From Armatimonadota bacterium (GTDB lineage Bacteria; Armatimonadota; UBA5829; DTLH01): a stretch of DNA of 64,000 nucleotides. The notes beneath the pieces are model-generated. The model made no database searches and was not told where the DNA came from. It saw nothing but the letters and a program-made list of their open reading frames with translations. The DNA lies in contig JBDKSP010000071.1 in assembly GCA_039680575.1 (NCBI GenBank), forward strand, positions 1 to 64,000, in the 5' to 3' direction. Position numbers and translations under genes: made by a program. Positions 47,057-56,873 of the stretch are shown here, in pieces (the stretch's first letter is position 1; every line of letters begins with the position of its first letter).

Positions 47057-50000
47057 ATGTTAAAAAGACGTATCGGTATCTTTCTGGTAGCGGCATTCGT
47101 TATTTCCATGATTGCCTCTATTGCACATGCCGGCAATTCCCCCGGCGTTACCAAAGAGGACTTGAAATACATAATGCCTCTATCGGAAGTCCGTGCTGGA
47201 ATGAAAGGCTACGGACTGACGGTTTTCAAAGGGACCAAGATCGAAAAGTTTGATGTCGAGGTTCTTGGGATCCTCCGAAAAGCCAATAACGGCAGAGATC
47301 AAATTTTCGTAAGGCTTGTCGGCGGCCCGGTAACGGAACGCAAGGCCAATATCATCCAGGGGATGAGCGGCAGCCCGGTCTATGTAAACGGCAGGATCAT
47401 CGGCGCAGTCGCATACGGCCCCGCCTCGTTCTCCAGAGAACCGCTCGGGATGCTGACGCCGATAGAGGACCTGCTGGACGCGCTCGACCCGAAACTTCCG
47501 TCTCATCCATCAGGTCTTTCCAGCCCTGCATCGACCCAGCTCAGCACACCTCTCAATGTCGACGGAGAGCTCATAACCCGCATAGAGTTCAGGGATTCCA
47601 CGTCCGCCGGTACCGCTCCGGCCAAGGGAACCCTCGTTATGACCCCGCTTATGACTCCGCTTATGGTAAGCGGAATGAGCAACCGGAGCATTGCCGGTCT
47701 CAGCAGTATATTCGCACCCTACGGAATGATCCCTATGGCCGGACCTGGGGCAAAGGCTGATCCTGTTCAGGTCGAACTCAAGCCGGGTTCATCCGTTGGG
47801 GTGTCGCTCATCACCGGAGACATCGATATGACCGGTGTGGGAACTGTCACTTACCGAAGAGGCAACAAAATTGTGGCATTCGGCCACCCTATGCTCGAAG
47901 TCGGTCCCATCGATGCGCCTATGACCACCGCATGGGTACACGATGTCTTCCCGGATTATGAAATCTCATTCAAGATCGCATCACCGATGAAGACCGTCGG
48001 TCGGATATTCGAAGACAGGCCGTGGTCCATCGGCGGAGAGATCGGCAAAATGCCCAGGATGATCCCCGTTACGGTGGATGTAGACGACAAAGCAATCGGC
48101 AGGAAGCGCACTTTGAACGTCAAGGTAATCAACCATCCTGCTCTCGCGCCGAAACTGATCTTGACAGCCGCATCGGAAGCCATCACCCAGGTACATGGAA
48201 TACCAAGCGATGCAATGGCTACGGTCGACCTCACGATAGATGCGGACCAGGTCGGTAAGATCGAGCGCAGGAATGTGTTTTTCAACCCATCGGAAATCGA
48301 AGTAGAGGCGATGGGTGACCTTCAGGACCTGCTCAGCATTCTGGCCGGAAACCGCTTCCATCCGGTGGATGTCAAGTCCGTCCACATGTCGGTCAAGATC
48401 GAATCCGGACGCAAGACGGCGTCTATAGAACGGATATTTATCCCTAAAAACGAGTATCAACCCGGCGAGACGATCAATGTAGGCGTTGACCTCAGGCCGT
48501 ATAAAGGTGAGAAGTTCACGAAGTTCATCAAGGTGAAGCTGCCGGAAAATATACCGGACGGCAAGCTCAGCCTGAAGGTTGCCGGCGGGATCGCCGGTGG
48601 AGACAGCCAGACTATGGCGCTGAGCGCCATTGACGGTAACACCGCCAAGGTGTCTCCCGCAGCGGGCGGCGGTGCCGAAAACATTCGACAACTCATCGAC
48701 AAGTATCTGGAACGCGATCAGAACAACGACCTGATCGCCAGGCTGCAGCTTCCGACTATGGCGCTGAATGTCGATGGAGAGAAGCTGACTGATCTTCCCG
48801 ATTCCATCGCAAACGTGATGAAATCGACCAAAACTACCGGTCTCAAGCTGGAGCGCGATGAGATCAAAACCGTAGAGCAGATGGACTGCATCGTGACCGG
48901 CACACAGTCGCTTACTATCAAAGTCGAGAGCCCGCAGACGAATGAGAAACCGGCTTCGGACCAGCCGCAGGTAGCTCCGTCAGCACCGCCACAGCCCGCA
49001 TCTTTGGCGTCCGCTGAGGATATCGCTCCTGTGGCTGACGGTTCTGAAGCATTCTATGCAAACCGGGCAATCGAGCTCCCTGAATTGTCGAATGTCCCGA
49101 TGGCTGAGGTTTCGACCACCACCGAGATCGAAAAGAAGAGCGCTCCAACCGCGGCAAAACCGGCGAATGGGAATGGAGTCAAGTCAGAAGCGGCGTCCGG
49201 CGCAAAAACACCGGAAGCCAAGCCGGAACAAAAACCCGCGGCATCGAGTGAAGAAAAACCTGTAGGCAGGCAGCCGAGCGTCTGGAAACAGAGCAGCCTG
49301 AAAGAGTTCTCCGCTGGTAAGTTCGAGTCCACAGCGGCAACCGATGCCAACGACATCCGGCTGATCCAGGCAATGGACAAGCTCTCCGATCTGTCCGCGG
49401 ACTATGTATGGCAGGTAATCCCGGACGGTAACGGCGGAGCGTTCGCTGGCACAGGCAGCAACGGGATTATCTACAGGATAAATAAAAACGGCACAAGCTC
49501 CGTCTTCTTCAAGACCGGAGAACTTCAGGTACACAGTCTTGCAAGAGACTCCAAAGGAAATATCTATGCCGGGACATCGCCCAACGGCAAAATTTTCCAG
49601 ATAAGCCCGGATGGCAAGGGTAAAGTGGTCTTCGACGCGGAGCAGAAGTATATAGTGGCGCTGGCCGCAGACGAAAGCGACAATGTATACGCCGCGACGG
49701 GCGACGCCGGTATTATCTACAAGATCACTCCTTCGGAGCCGGCCAAAGAGTTCGTGAAGCTGCCCAAGGATTCCGTGCTTTCGCTTATAATCGGCAAGAC
49801 TGGCAACCTCTATGCCGGTACCGGAAACGGCGGCGTGGTCTTTGAGATTACGCCTGATGGGACTGCTTCTCCGGTCTACAACGCATCGGAAGATTCCATA
49901 ACAAGCCTTGCGGCGGACGGACTCGGCAATATTTATGCAGGTACCGGATCGAGCAAGGGTATGATCTACAGGATCTCCCAGTCAGGGACGGCCAAGCCTG

Positions 50001-51430
50001 TGTTCGACAGAGCGCCGCATGCGCTTTCGCTCGCCGCAGACCACGATAACAATGTGTATGTGGCTTCCGATGAACAGATATTCAAGATACTGCCCGACGA
50101 GACGACAGCGGCTCTCGACACCCGAGACTCAGGTGCGCAGTTTGTATCGCTTGCAATCACTTCGGACGGCGCGCTCTTCGCGGGTACGGCCAATATGGGA
50201 TCGGTCTACAGTTCAACGGCTCCGGTCAACGGGACTTACACATCGTCCGTTCATGACGCGGGACTGATGTCTAGATGGGGACGGATAAGCTGGATTGCCC
50301 AAAACCCTGAGGGGTCGTCGATTATGCTGCAGACAAGGTCCGGCAACATAGCGAAGCCTGACAAAACATGGAGTGAATGGTCAGCAGCTTATACGAATGC
50401 GTCCGGGCAGGCAATCGACGGTCCCGCCGGTCGCTACATCCAGTACAGAGCGTTTTTGAGCGGTCCCAAAGCGTCTTCGCCGGTACTAGACCAGGTGAGC
50501 ATCACATATCTGACTGAGAACCAGGCACCTCTGGTTTCTATCAGTGAACCAGCCGCAGGGTCTATCGTAAGCAAGACCCAGACTATTAAATGGGCTGCGA
50601 TGGACCCTGACAAGGACTCACTGTCTTACGATCTTTACTACTCAGCCAACGAAGGCAAGACCTGGCGCACCCTTACGAGCGGCGTAAAGCAGGCTGGAGA
50701 GGCAACACCTGCCGCGCCCAAGCCCGAGGCGCAGCAGCAGACCAGGCCTAAATCATCCGAAGTGATGAGTATCGACCTGGGCGCGCTCTTGAAGTCGTCG
50801 AAGAACACGGATGAAGTGATTACGAAGATCAAAGCCGAGTTGGACAAGCACCCTGAAATTACCCCTGAAGCAAAAGCCCGGATTCTCTCTCAGGCTCCGG
50901 CTGCGATAGCTAAGGTAATCAGCGCCAGTGCAGGCCAGAGCTCTCCGCCCGCGGCCAAACCGGCGGGCAGTCCATCCGAGAACAGTTCGACCAGGCAGAC
51001 AAGCTACAGTTGGGACACGGCAAAAGTCCATGACGGGTCTTACACGATAAAGGTAGTTGCGAGCGATAGAGTGAGCAATGCGGTGGGATTCCTTACGGGT
51101 GAGAAGGTGGTCGGTCCGATCATCGTTTCCAACAGGCCGCCTAAGGTGGAAGTGCTCAAGAAAGATGCCAAGATCGGTTCAGACCGCAGCGTCAGCTTCA
51201 ATGGTTCCGCTTACAACGACTCAATTGCGATCGCCGGCGTTCAGTACAGGATCGATAACGGCGATTGGATGGCTGCGGCGGCAGCGGACGGAATATTCGA
51301 TTCCCCGACCGAACCGTTTGTCGTTGTCACTCAGCCGGTCGATTTGGGTAAGCACACTGTGGAAGTCAAGGTCATTGACGCAGCAGGAAACTCCAACTCG
51401 ATCAAATTCCCGTTGGAAATTGCCAAGTAG
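47057..51430 (+). CDS. Secreted SpoIVB/peptidase S55-domain protein fused to a beta-propeller and Ig/FnIII-like domains
   Basis: Signal peptide; IIQGMSGSP and AFGHP; repeated D..GN.YAGT blades; C-terminal beta domains. Confidence 0.85.
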   Translation: MLKRRIGIFLVAAFVISMIASIAHAGNSPGVTKEDLKYIMPLSEVRAGMKGYGLTVFKGTKIEKFDVEVLGILRKANNGRDQIFVRLVGGPVTERKANIIQGMSGSPVYVNGRIIGAVAYGPASFSREPLGMLTPIEDLLDALDPKLPSHPSGLSSPASTQLSTPLNVDGELITRIEFRDSTSAGTAPAKGTLVMTPLMTPLMVSGMSNRSIAGLSSIFAPYGMIPMAGPGAKADPVQVELKPGSSVGVSLITGDIDMTGVGTVTYRRGNKIVAFGHPMLEVGPIDAPMTTAWVHDVFPDYEISFKIASPMKTVGRIFEDRPWSIGGEIGKMPRMIPVTVDVDDKAIGRKRTLNVKVINHPALAPKLILTAASEAITQVHGIPSDAMATVDLTIDADQVGKIERRNVFFNPSEIEVEAMGDLQDLLSILAGNRFHPVDVKSVHMSVKIESGRKTASIERIFIPKNEYQPGETINVGVDLRPYKGEKFTKFIKVKLPENIPDGKLSLKVAGGIAGGDSQTMALSAIDGNTAKVSPAAGGGAENIRQLIDKYLERDQNNDLIARLQLPTMALNVDGEKLTDLPDSIANVMKSTKTTGLKLERDEIKTVEQMDCIVTGTQSLTIKVESPQTNEKPASDQPQVAPSAPPQPASLASAEDIAPVADGSEAFYANRAIELPELSNVPMAEVSTTTEIEKKSAPTAAKPANGNGVKSEAASGAKTPEAKPEQKPAASSEEKPVGRQPSVWKQSSLKEFSAGKFESTAATDANDIRLIQAMDKLSDLSADYVWQVIPDGNGGAFAGTGSNGIIYRINKNGTSSVFFKTGELQVHSLARDSKGNIYAGTSPNGKIFQISPDGKGKVVFDAEQKYIVALAADESDNVYAATGDAGIIYKITPSEPAKEFVKLPKDSVLSLIIGKTGNLYAGTGNGGVVFEITPDGTASPVYNASEDSITSLAADGLGNIYAGTGSSKGMIYRISQSGTAKPVFDRAPHALSLAADHDNNVYVASDEQIFKILPDETTAALDTRDSGAQFVSLAITSDGALFAGTANMGSVYSSTAPVNGTYTSSVHDAGLMSRWGRISWIAQNPEGSSIMLQTRSGNIAKPDKTWSEWSAAYTNASGQAIDGPAGRYIQYRAFLSGPKASSPVLDQVSITYLTENQAPLVSISEPAAGSIVSKTQTIKWAAMDPDKDSLSYDLYYSANEGKTWRTLTSGVKQAGEATPAAPKPEAQQQTRPKSSEVMSIDLGALLKSSKNTDEVITKIKAELDKHPEITPEAKARILSQAPAAIAKVISASAGQSSPPAAKPAGSPSENSSTRQTSYSWDTAKVHDGSYTIKVVASDRVSNAVGFLTGEKVVGPIIVSNRPPKVEVLKKDAKIGSDRSVSFNGSAYNDSIAIAGVQYRIDNGDWMAAAAADGIFDSPTEPFVVVTQPVDLGKHTVEVKVIDAAGNSNSIKFPLEIAK

Positions 51431-51438
51431 CATCAAAA

Positions 51439-51477
51439 CACCCGGCTGCAGCAGGTTTAACTAATCTGCGGCCGGGT
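51439..51477. terminator. Hairpin after the S55 gene, overlapping a SigB-like motif
   Basis: ACCCGGCTGCAG...CTGCGGCCGGGT. Confidence 0.55.
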
Positions 51478-51499
51478 ATAATATAAACGAGATACCAGT

Positions 51500-51596
51500 A
51501 AGCTCCGTTCCTGCATATGGTTCTCCCTAACGACTTCTCTGGTTAAGCCAGGGATGAAAGAGATGGGAGTAAAACCCAGGCGCAGGAGCGGAGCTT
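51500..51596 (+). ncRNA. Candidate structured small RNA (~100 nt, rod-like with internal bubbles)
   Basis: 15-bp closing stem AAGCTCCGTTCCTGC/GCAGGAGCGGAGCTT plus nested GGTT/AACC, CTCCC/GGGAG and TCTCTGG/CCAGGGA; promoter-like GGTTT-15-GGGTAT(AAT) just upstream. Confidence 0.4.
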
Positions 51597-51607
51597 CATA
51601 TTTGCGC

Positions 51608-52387
51608 TTATGGCTGTATCGTATCCCACAGCGTCCGAAGTTTCTCCCGGCTGATCGTCAGATAATCCGGGTCGTCCCCGAAGACTTCTATCGTGATCCG
51701 GTCGTCGTAACCGGCGTTCTTCAGGATTTTCACCACCCAGGCCCAGTTGATATTTCCTACCCCAAGCGGCAGATGCAAATCATCACGCCCTCCCCTGTTG
51801 TCGGAGACATGCACATGACACAGCCTGTCGCCGAAGTTTGCGACAAGCTCCTCTGTGCGGTTGTAAGGCGTGTCCAGGTGGGCATGGCCTACATCCAGAT
51901 GGAACCCCGCGCCGGGTACGGCATCGAGCAACTTCCTTAACTCTATTGACCGGCTGAAGTGGGAGGTATTTTCGACTATGATCCTCATCCCGAGGCGGTC
52001 GGCGACGGAGACCAGGCGGGACAGCGTCGCTATGTTCTGGCTCATAATCCAGTTCCAGTCGTGGAGCGGCGCGACGGTGTGTGGGTGAATATTCATCATT
52101 TTTGCGCCAAGTTCGTGGAATATCCTGAGGCATCTCTCGAACTCTCTCAGGACCACTTCGCGTATCTCAGGAAACGGGCTCGCTATCTGCAGATACCACG
52201 CAGTATGGCCGATGACCCCAAGCCCGGTACGGTCCAGTGCCTTACGGACATCGCGTGTGGGAAAAGTCCCGGAATATGCTGCCTGCGGTTCCATTGTCAG
52301 ATCGATGAAGTCGAAGCCGAGACCGGCAATCGCCTCGATCTCCTCCACGACATCGATCATGGGGTTATTCATTGCTCCAAGTAGCAT
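51608..52387 (-). CDS. Sugar-phosphate isomerase/epimerase (AP-endonuclease-2-like TIM barrel)
   Basis: IVEN, HLDVGH, HVHVSDN, DLHLPLG and TIE metal ligands. Confidence 0.88.
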   Translation of the reverse strand: MLLGAMNNPMIDVVEEIEAIAGLGFDFIDLTMEPQAAYSGTFPTRDVRKALDRTGLGVIGHTAWYLQIASPFPEIREVVLREFERCLRIFHELGAKMMNIHPHTVAPLHDWNWIMSQNIATLSRLVSVADRLGMRIIVENTSHFSRSIELRKLLDAVPGAGFHLDVGHAHLDTPYNRTEELVANFGDRLCHVHVSDNRGGRDDLHLPLGVGNINWAWVVKILKNAGYDDRITIEVFGDDPDYLTISREKLRTLWDTIQP

Positions 52388-53097
52388 TTATTTTCCGGCC
52401 TCGAATGAATCCAGGGATCAAGCAGGTTCTCGCGGGAGGGGCTGTCCGGGGCAGGCTTGTATTCCAGCCTCCTTCTCGCCAACTCCCGGCGAATTTCGAC
52501 GGGAACACAGGTGCTTTCCGCTGGAAACTGCCAATCGAATACATCGATAACGCCTGCGAAAAGCAGCCAGTGCTCTCCAAGCATACTGAGCAGCCGGTTC
52601 CAATCGAATGTGGTACAGTTGGCCTTGAAAATTCTCATTATATCAGGCCAGTCGCACCGGTGCTTGTTCATTGTAAATATTTTGGAGTGGACAAGCTCTT
52701 CTACCGGCATGAATTTGAGAGAGACGCCAAGAAATTCGCCTTCCTTGCCTCGCTCTATCCAATCATCCGCAACAGTAGTGACCCGGTTTGCGAACTTGAA
52801 GATAACATCGACGATAATATCGCCTTTTACCGCATGGTGTATCCACTCGCGGTCGCCCTCAGCCTGCTCCCCCAAGTCTTCGAACCCGGCTGCCGTCAAC
52901 GCATCCACTGCAGGCGGTACATTCTCAGGCGTGGTAAAGACATCTATGTCGTGAGTGTCGCGCCATCTGCCGGTATAGAACCAGACAGCGAACGCCCCAC
53001 CCAAAACGAACGGGACCTCATGCTCGGCGAGAGATTCCAGCGCCTGAACATATACATCCCTGTGCTCAACCGACACGAAGTGCTCAGCTTGTGCCAA
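52369..53097 (-). CDS. Nucleotidyltransferase family protein (Pol-beta superfamily)
   Basis: LGGAFAV..YTG..RDTHDIDVF; TTG start after GGAGG. Confidence 0.85.
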   Translation of the reverse strand: MAQAEHFVSVEHRDVYVQALESLAEHEVPFVLGGAFAVWFYTGRWRDTHDIDVFTTPENVPPAVDALTAAGFEDLGEQAEGDREWIHHAVKGDIIVDVIFKFANRVTTVADDWIERGKEGEFLGVSLKFMPVEELVHSKIFTMNKHRCDWPDIMRIFKANCTTFDWNRLLSMLGEHWLLFAGVIDVFDWQFPAESTCVPVEIRRELARRRLEYKPAPDSPSRENLLDPWIHSRPENKCYLEQ

Positions 53098-53133
53098 CTG
53101 TAAAAGCCTCCATTGTTACAATCCGGCTTTAGG

Positions 53134-53160
53134 TTACCCGATGGTAGAGCAGCACGAAAC
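53134..53160 (-). promoter_or_regulatory. Putative SigB/SigF-like promoter
   Basis: GTTTC-16-GGGTAA upstream of the nucleotidyltransferase. Confidence 0.5.
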
Positions 53161-53269
53161 TATAGATTTTCGGCAATAGTGGAAAACGGTATTTTATGGC
53201 TGACTGCTGCGCTTATAGTAGCTCCATTTTATTGGGTTTCGGGTGAAACGATATTTATTATTCGTCACA

Positions 53270-54880
53270 TCACTGCTGAGACTCCGCAGGTGGCCGCACG
53301 ACATCGAATGCCTCCTGCGCGTGGTATATTTCAACCAGCTCATTGAACGCCTTCGCGAGGACAGTCCCTCGATGTTCTCCCCCATTTTTGTAAAGCTCGT
53401 GGTCGATAAGTGCCCGCAAGAAGAGAATTCGCCAGCGCCATGCCTGCCGCGCCTGCATAGTCAACACTTTATCGGCGTTTTCCATAAGTTCGCAGGCATG
53501 GACAGCGCTTTCGCCTATTTTGTCGCGGTGATGGTTCGACTCCATTATCCGAACAGCCTCCAGCACGGCATCAGCGACACTCGGTGAAGCCTCGAACGAG
53601 ATATATTCCCTCAGGATGTCCTCTGCGGACCTTTTCTTTTCCCAATAAAACTGGAGGCACAACACTTTGTTGATATCTTCTGAAATGCCTTCCGAGTAAG
53701 GAAACCCACCCGAGAGTTTATGCGACGCCTGGTTCCAAAGCCTTTGAAACCTGTCCGGGAGAGGATTAGCCCCATAACCGCCCCACGGCAGTATGCCCCA
53801 CATACTGATTTCAGGGAAATTGAGTAATGGCCGGTTGCCAGGCACGGGATTATCCAACGGGTAGCGGGGGAAGTCCTCATGGGCATCCGCCATGATGTAA
53901 TCGATCCAGCTCCCGTCTTCCGCCATGTACTCACTCAGCCCATCCCATTCCCCCGCATAAGGGGTGTCATACATCCATGTAGCAAGAATAACCCTGCCGG
54001 ATGGATATTTGCTGCGGAAGAGGTCTGCGACTTCTTTTGAAATACTCAGGAAACCCTTCTTCCCCCAGGGCCAGCACTTCTCGCAGCCGCAGCCGCCTTC
54101 GTCATAAGACCATGACTCGAAGAAATCCAGTTCGATATCGCGGAACTCATCCAGCAGCCCGCCCCACTGCCGAAGCAGATAATCGCGCCCGTCCGGATTG
54201 CCGGGGCACAGCAGAGTCCCGAGGTTTCCCCTCCTGCCCAGGTCATCGGGAAACGGTGTGTAGTAAATCTGCTTCGGAGCGGACTTGAAGCCGATGTTGA
54301 TGGCTTCGAGAAGCCCTACCTGCAGCCCGATGCGCTTTGCGGCAAGAAATATCGCGCGTATTCGTTCGATGTTGCGCTTCGCGCCCGGATCATCCAGGCC
54401 GTTGAACTGCTGCGGCGGAAAATGACAGGCTACGGCGTTCAGTCCCCACAACGCAAGCTCTTCCAGATAACGCTCGACCTCGGCATCAGATGCCGCCTCG
54501 TAAAAATTGTTGAAATGGACAGCGAAGTATATCCCACGGACAGGGCACTCAGGTATAGAGCTTCCCCGCCACTTGCCCGGGGTGAAACCGCCCTCGCAGC
54601 ACCGCGAAGTCCTGAGGAACTTACCGACTCCGTAAAGCAGGCCGCGCTCGTCATTGCCGGTTATCCTGATTCCACCATCAGGAACATCCGATATAGTGTA
54701 GCCTTCCGGCCCAACGCCCTGTTCGACCGCAAGGTACACCTGGAAATCGCCGAGGCTGTCGTTTATTACCCGCGCACCAGAACGTTCTTCTATTTTACGA
54801 GTGAGTATTGCGGCTATGTTGCCCGTTATCCGGCCAATTTCATTCGGAAGATGAATACGTATTGTCTTGACCATTTCCAT
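53270..54880 (-). CDS. Putative glycoside hydrolase (GH20/GH67-type N-terminal domain + TIM barrel)
   Basis: GPEGYTI...ITGNDERGLLYGVG..LR; RGIYFAVHFNNFY; YDEGGCGCEKC. Start codon uncertain. Confidence 0.65.
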   Translation of the reverse strand: MEMVKTIRIHLPNEIGRITGNIAAILTRKIEERSGARVINDSLGDFQVYLAVEQGVGPEGYTISDVPDGGIRITGNDERGLLYGVGKFLRTSRCCEGGFTPGKWRGSSIPECPVRGIYFAVHFNNFYEAASDAEVERYLEELALWGLNAVACHFPPQQFNGLDDPGAKRNIERIRAIFLAAKRIGLQVGLLEAINIGFKSAPKQIYYTPFPDDLGRRGNLGTLLCPGNPDGRDYLLRQWGGLLDEFRDIELDFFESWSYDEGGCGCEKCWPWGKKGFLSISKEVADLFRSKYPSGRVILATWMYDTPYAGEWDGLSEYMAEDGSWIDYIMADAHEDFPRYPLDNPVPGNRPLLNFPEISMWGILPWGGYGANPLPDRFQRLWNQASHKLSGGFPYSEGISEDINKVLCLQFYWEKKRSAEDILREYISFEASPSVADAVLEAVRIMESNHHRDKIGESAVHACELMENADKVLTMQARQAWRWRILFLRALIDHELYKNGGEHRGTVLAKAFNELVEIYHAQEAFDVVRPPAESQQ

Positions 54881-54941
54881 GGAATCGATTACCTCATAAT
54901 TCTTGGTGCTGCTCATAAATAGCATGAGCGGATGTTACTTA

Positions 54942-55100
54942 TAGATTTTCGGCTGATTAATTAACGGCCAATCATATGTTGGCTGTTGCCGAAAATCCTC
55001 CGGAAGAGTTTCAGGTGTAAGTGTAAAATCAACAGATAAAGCTATATCAGAGAACTGTTTATATAACTGTAAGGCTGTTACTTTATCTCCTGAAACTCTA
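54942..55100. mobile_element. Twin-hairpin MITE-like element, long-loop copy, TA-flanked
   Basis: TA|TAGATTTTCGGC..GCCGAAAATC-CTCCGGAA-GAGTTTCAGG..CCTGAAACTCTA|TA; inverted homolog of 36205-36266. Confidence 0.7.
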
Positions 55101-55103
55101 TAG

Positions 55104-56837
55104 CTAAAATCGATGCTCGCGGCTAAAAGCCTTCCTAAGCCTCTCTTGATCGAATTTCAGCCTGCGGTCATAGGTATACAGGCCGTTTTTCTCCTGCTCG
55201 ACATCCGTCAGCTGCGTATAGCAGAAGCCTGCAATATTCGGATGATCTGTGAGCACTGAGGTAAGGCCTTCAATACGCTTAAGGACTTCTTTCGTATCTT
55301 TTGGCCTTTGTCCGTAGCCCCAACCGCTGTCGAGAACGGCATCCAGGTCCCAGAACGTCCCGCCGTATTCATCGATGACGAACGGCTGGCCTTTGTAGCC
55401 GATATCAAATTTCGGAAAGGCCACGCAGAACTTGCCTCTGGCATCAGGAGAAACGGATGCGTACGTTTGGGCGAACTTCTCCGGGTTTTGCTCGTAGTTG
55501 TGCATCGTATAGATATCCGGCTGCACATGCACCCAGCCGCTGGCATCGTTTACTGGCCGGGTCGGGTCAAGCGCTTTTGTCAGTTCGTATGTTTCGCTGA
55601 CGGCTCTGCGATGCGCTTCGAAATCAGCCGTTGCTCCACCACTGCTCTCATTAAAAGGTGTCCACGCGATTATCGAGGGATGGTTCATATCGCGCATTAC
55701 GACCTCACGCCACTCGCGCTGATGGTTGTGGATACTTTGCGGCTGCCTGAAATCCATTCCCCAGTCGCAAAACTCGCCCCATGTCAGATATCCGAGTTTG
55801 TCTGCCCAGTAATGGAACCTCTCTTCGAAAACCTTCTGATGGAGGCGCGCTCCATTGAATCCCAGAGTCATCGAGCGCTCGATATCGCCGCGCAGTTCAT
55901 CATCTGACGGGGCAGTCCAGATCCCTTCGGGATAAAAGCCTTGATCCAGCACTAATCTGAGGAATATCGGCTCATTGTTGAGGTAAAACCTGTTGCCGTC
56001 GATTACAAACTTCCGCAGCCCCGCATAGCTGTGCACGAGATCGACTGTTTTTCCATTTTCCAGTATTTCGAAACGCATATCGTAAAGATACGGGTTCACC
56101 GGGCTCCACGGATGCGGGTTTTCAATATCCAGCTGAACGGGCACACCGCTTGTACATCGAGCTTCGCTGCAAATGCCATCATTGACTGTCGTCCTGAATG
56201 TGAAACGCTTTGTATCACCGTTGAAAGTTGGAATAAGCGTGAATTTGCCTTCATCGAGGCCTGGTATTATCCTCACTGACTCGATAAAACTGAGTGGTCT
56301 GGCTTCGAGCCAGACTGTCTGCCAGATTCCTGTGGTCCGGGTGTAGTCGCAGCCGTGCGAATGCAGGAGGCGGGACTGTTTGCCCACCGGCTGAACCCCC
56401 GACCTGATCTCGTCTTTGACACAGACAACCAGCAGGTTCTCTTTTGATTGGATCGCCTCTGTCATATCGAAAGAAAACGATGATCCTGTGCCGTAATGCC
56501 TGCCGACAGATTTGCCGTTGACCCAAGCCCGGCAATCGTAATCCGCGGCTCCGATATTCAGGAATACCCGCATGCCGCTCCACTCGGGTGGAACCTCGAA
56601 CGTCCGCGAATACCATATGCAGGGTATAAAATCCGTGTAACCCACGCCTGAAAGCCTGCTCTCCGGGCAAAACGGGACATTTATATCACCGGTCAGCTGC
56701 GATGCATCGCTCTGCCAGCTCTTCTCCTCACCAGAAAGGCTAAAATCGAAGGTGAATTTCCATTTGCCGTTCAGATTCAGCCAATTATCGCGTCTGAACT
56801 GAGGTCTGGGATGCTCTGGACGATATACTTCGGACAA
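55104..56837 (-). CDS. Glycoside hydrolase family 2 (beta-galactosidase/beta-glucuronidase-like)
   Basis: HPRPQFRR..WLNLNGKW, TTGIWQTVWLE, LDQGFYP, NHPSII.WTPFNE, DEYGG. Confidence 0.93.
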   Translation of the reverse strand: MSEVYRPEHPRPQFRRDNWLNLNGKWKFTFDFSLSGEEKSWQSDASQLTGDINVPFCPESRLSGVGYTDFIPCIWYSRTFEVPPEWSGMRVFLNIGAADYDCRAWVNGKSVGRHYGTGSSFSFDMTEAIQSKENLLVVCVKDEIRSGVQPVGKQSRLLHSHGCDYTRTTGIWQTVWLEARPLSFIESVRIIPGLDEGKFTLIPTFNGDTKRFTFRTTVNDGICSEARCTSGVPVQLDIENPHPWSPVNPYLYDMRFEILENGKTVDLVHSYAGLRKFVIDGNRFYLNNEPIFLRLVLDQGFYPEGIWTAPSDDELRGDIERSMTLGFNGARLHQKVFEERFHYWADKLGYLTWGEFCDWGMDFRQPQSIHNHQREWREVVMRDMNHPSIIAWTPFNESSGGATADFEAHRRAVSETYELTKALDPTRPVNDASGWVHVQPDIYTMHNYEQNPEKFAQTYASVSPDARGKFCVAFPKFDIGYKGQPFVIDEYGGTFWDLDAVLDSGWGYGQRPKDTKEVLKRIEGLTSVLTDHPNIAGFCYTQLTDVEQEKNGLYTYDRRLKFDQERLRKAFSREHRF

Positions 56838-56873
56838 AATAACTGTCGCTCCTTGTTAAGCTAACTAAATGTG

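Noticed and set aside
51500..51596. SRP (4.5S) RNA or canonical 6S RNA
   Set aside because: It lacks the SRP GGAA-tetraloop domain on either strand and is about half the usual 6S length; kept only as an unclassified candidate.
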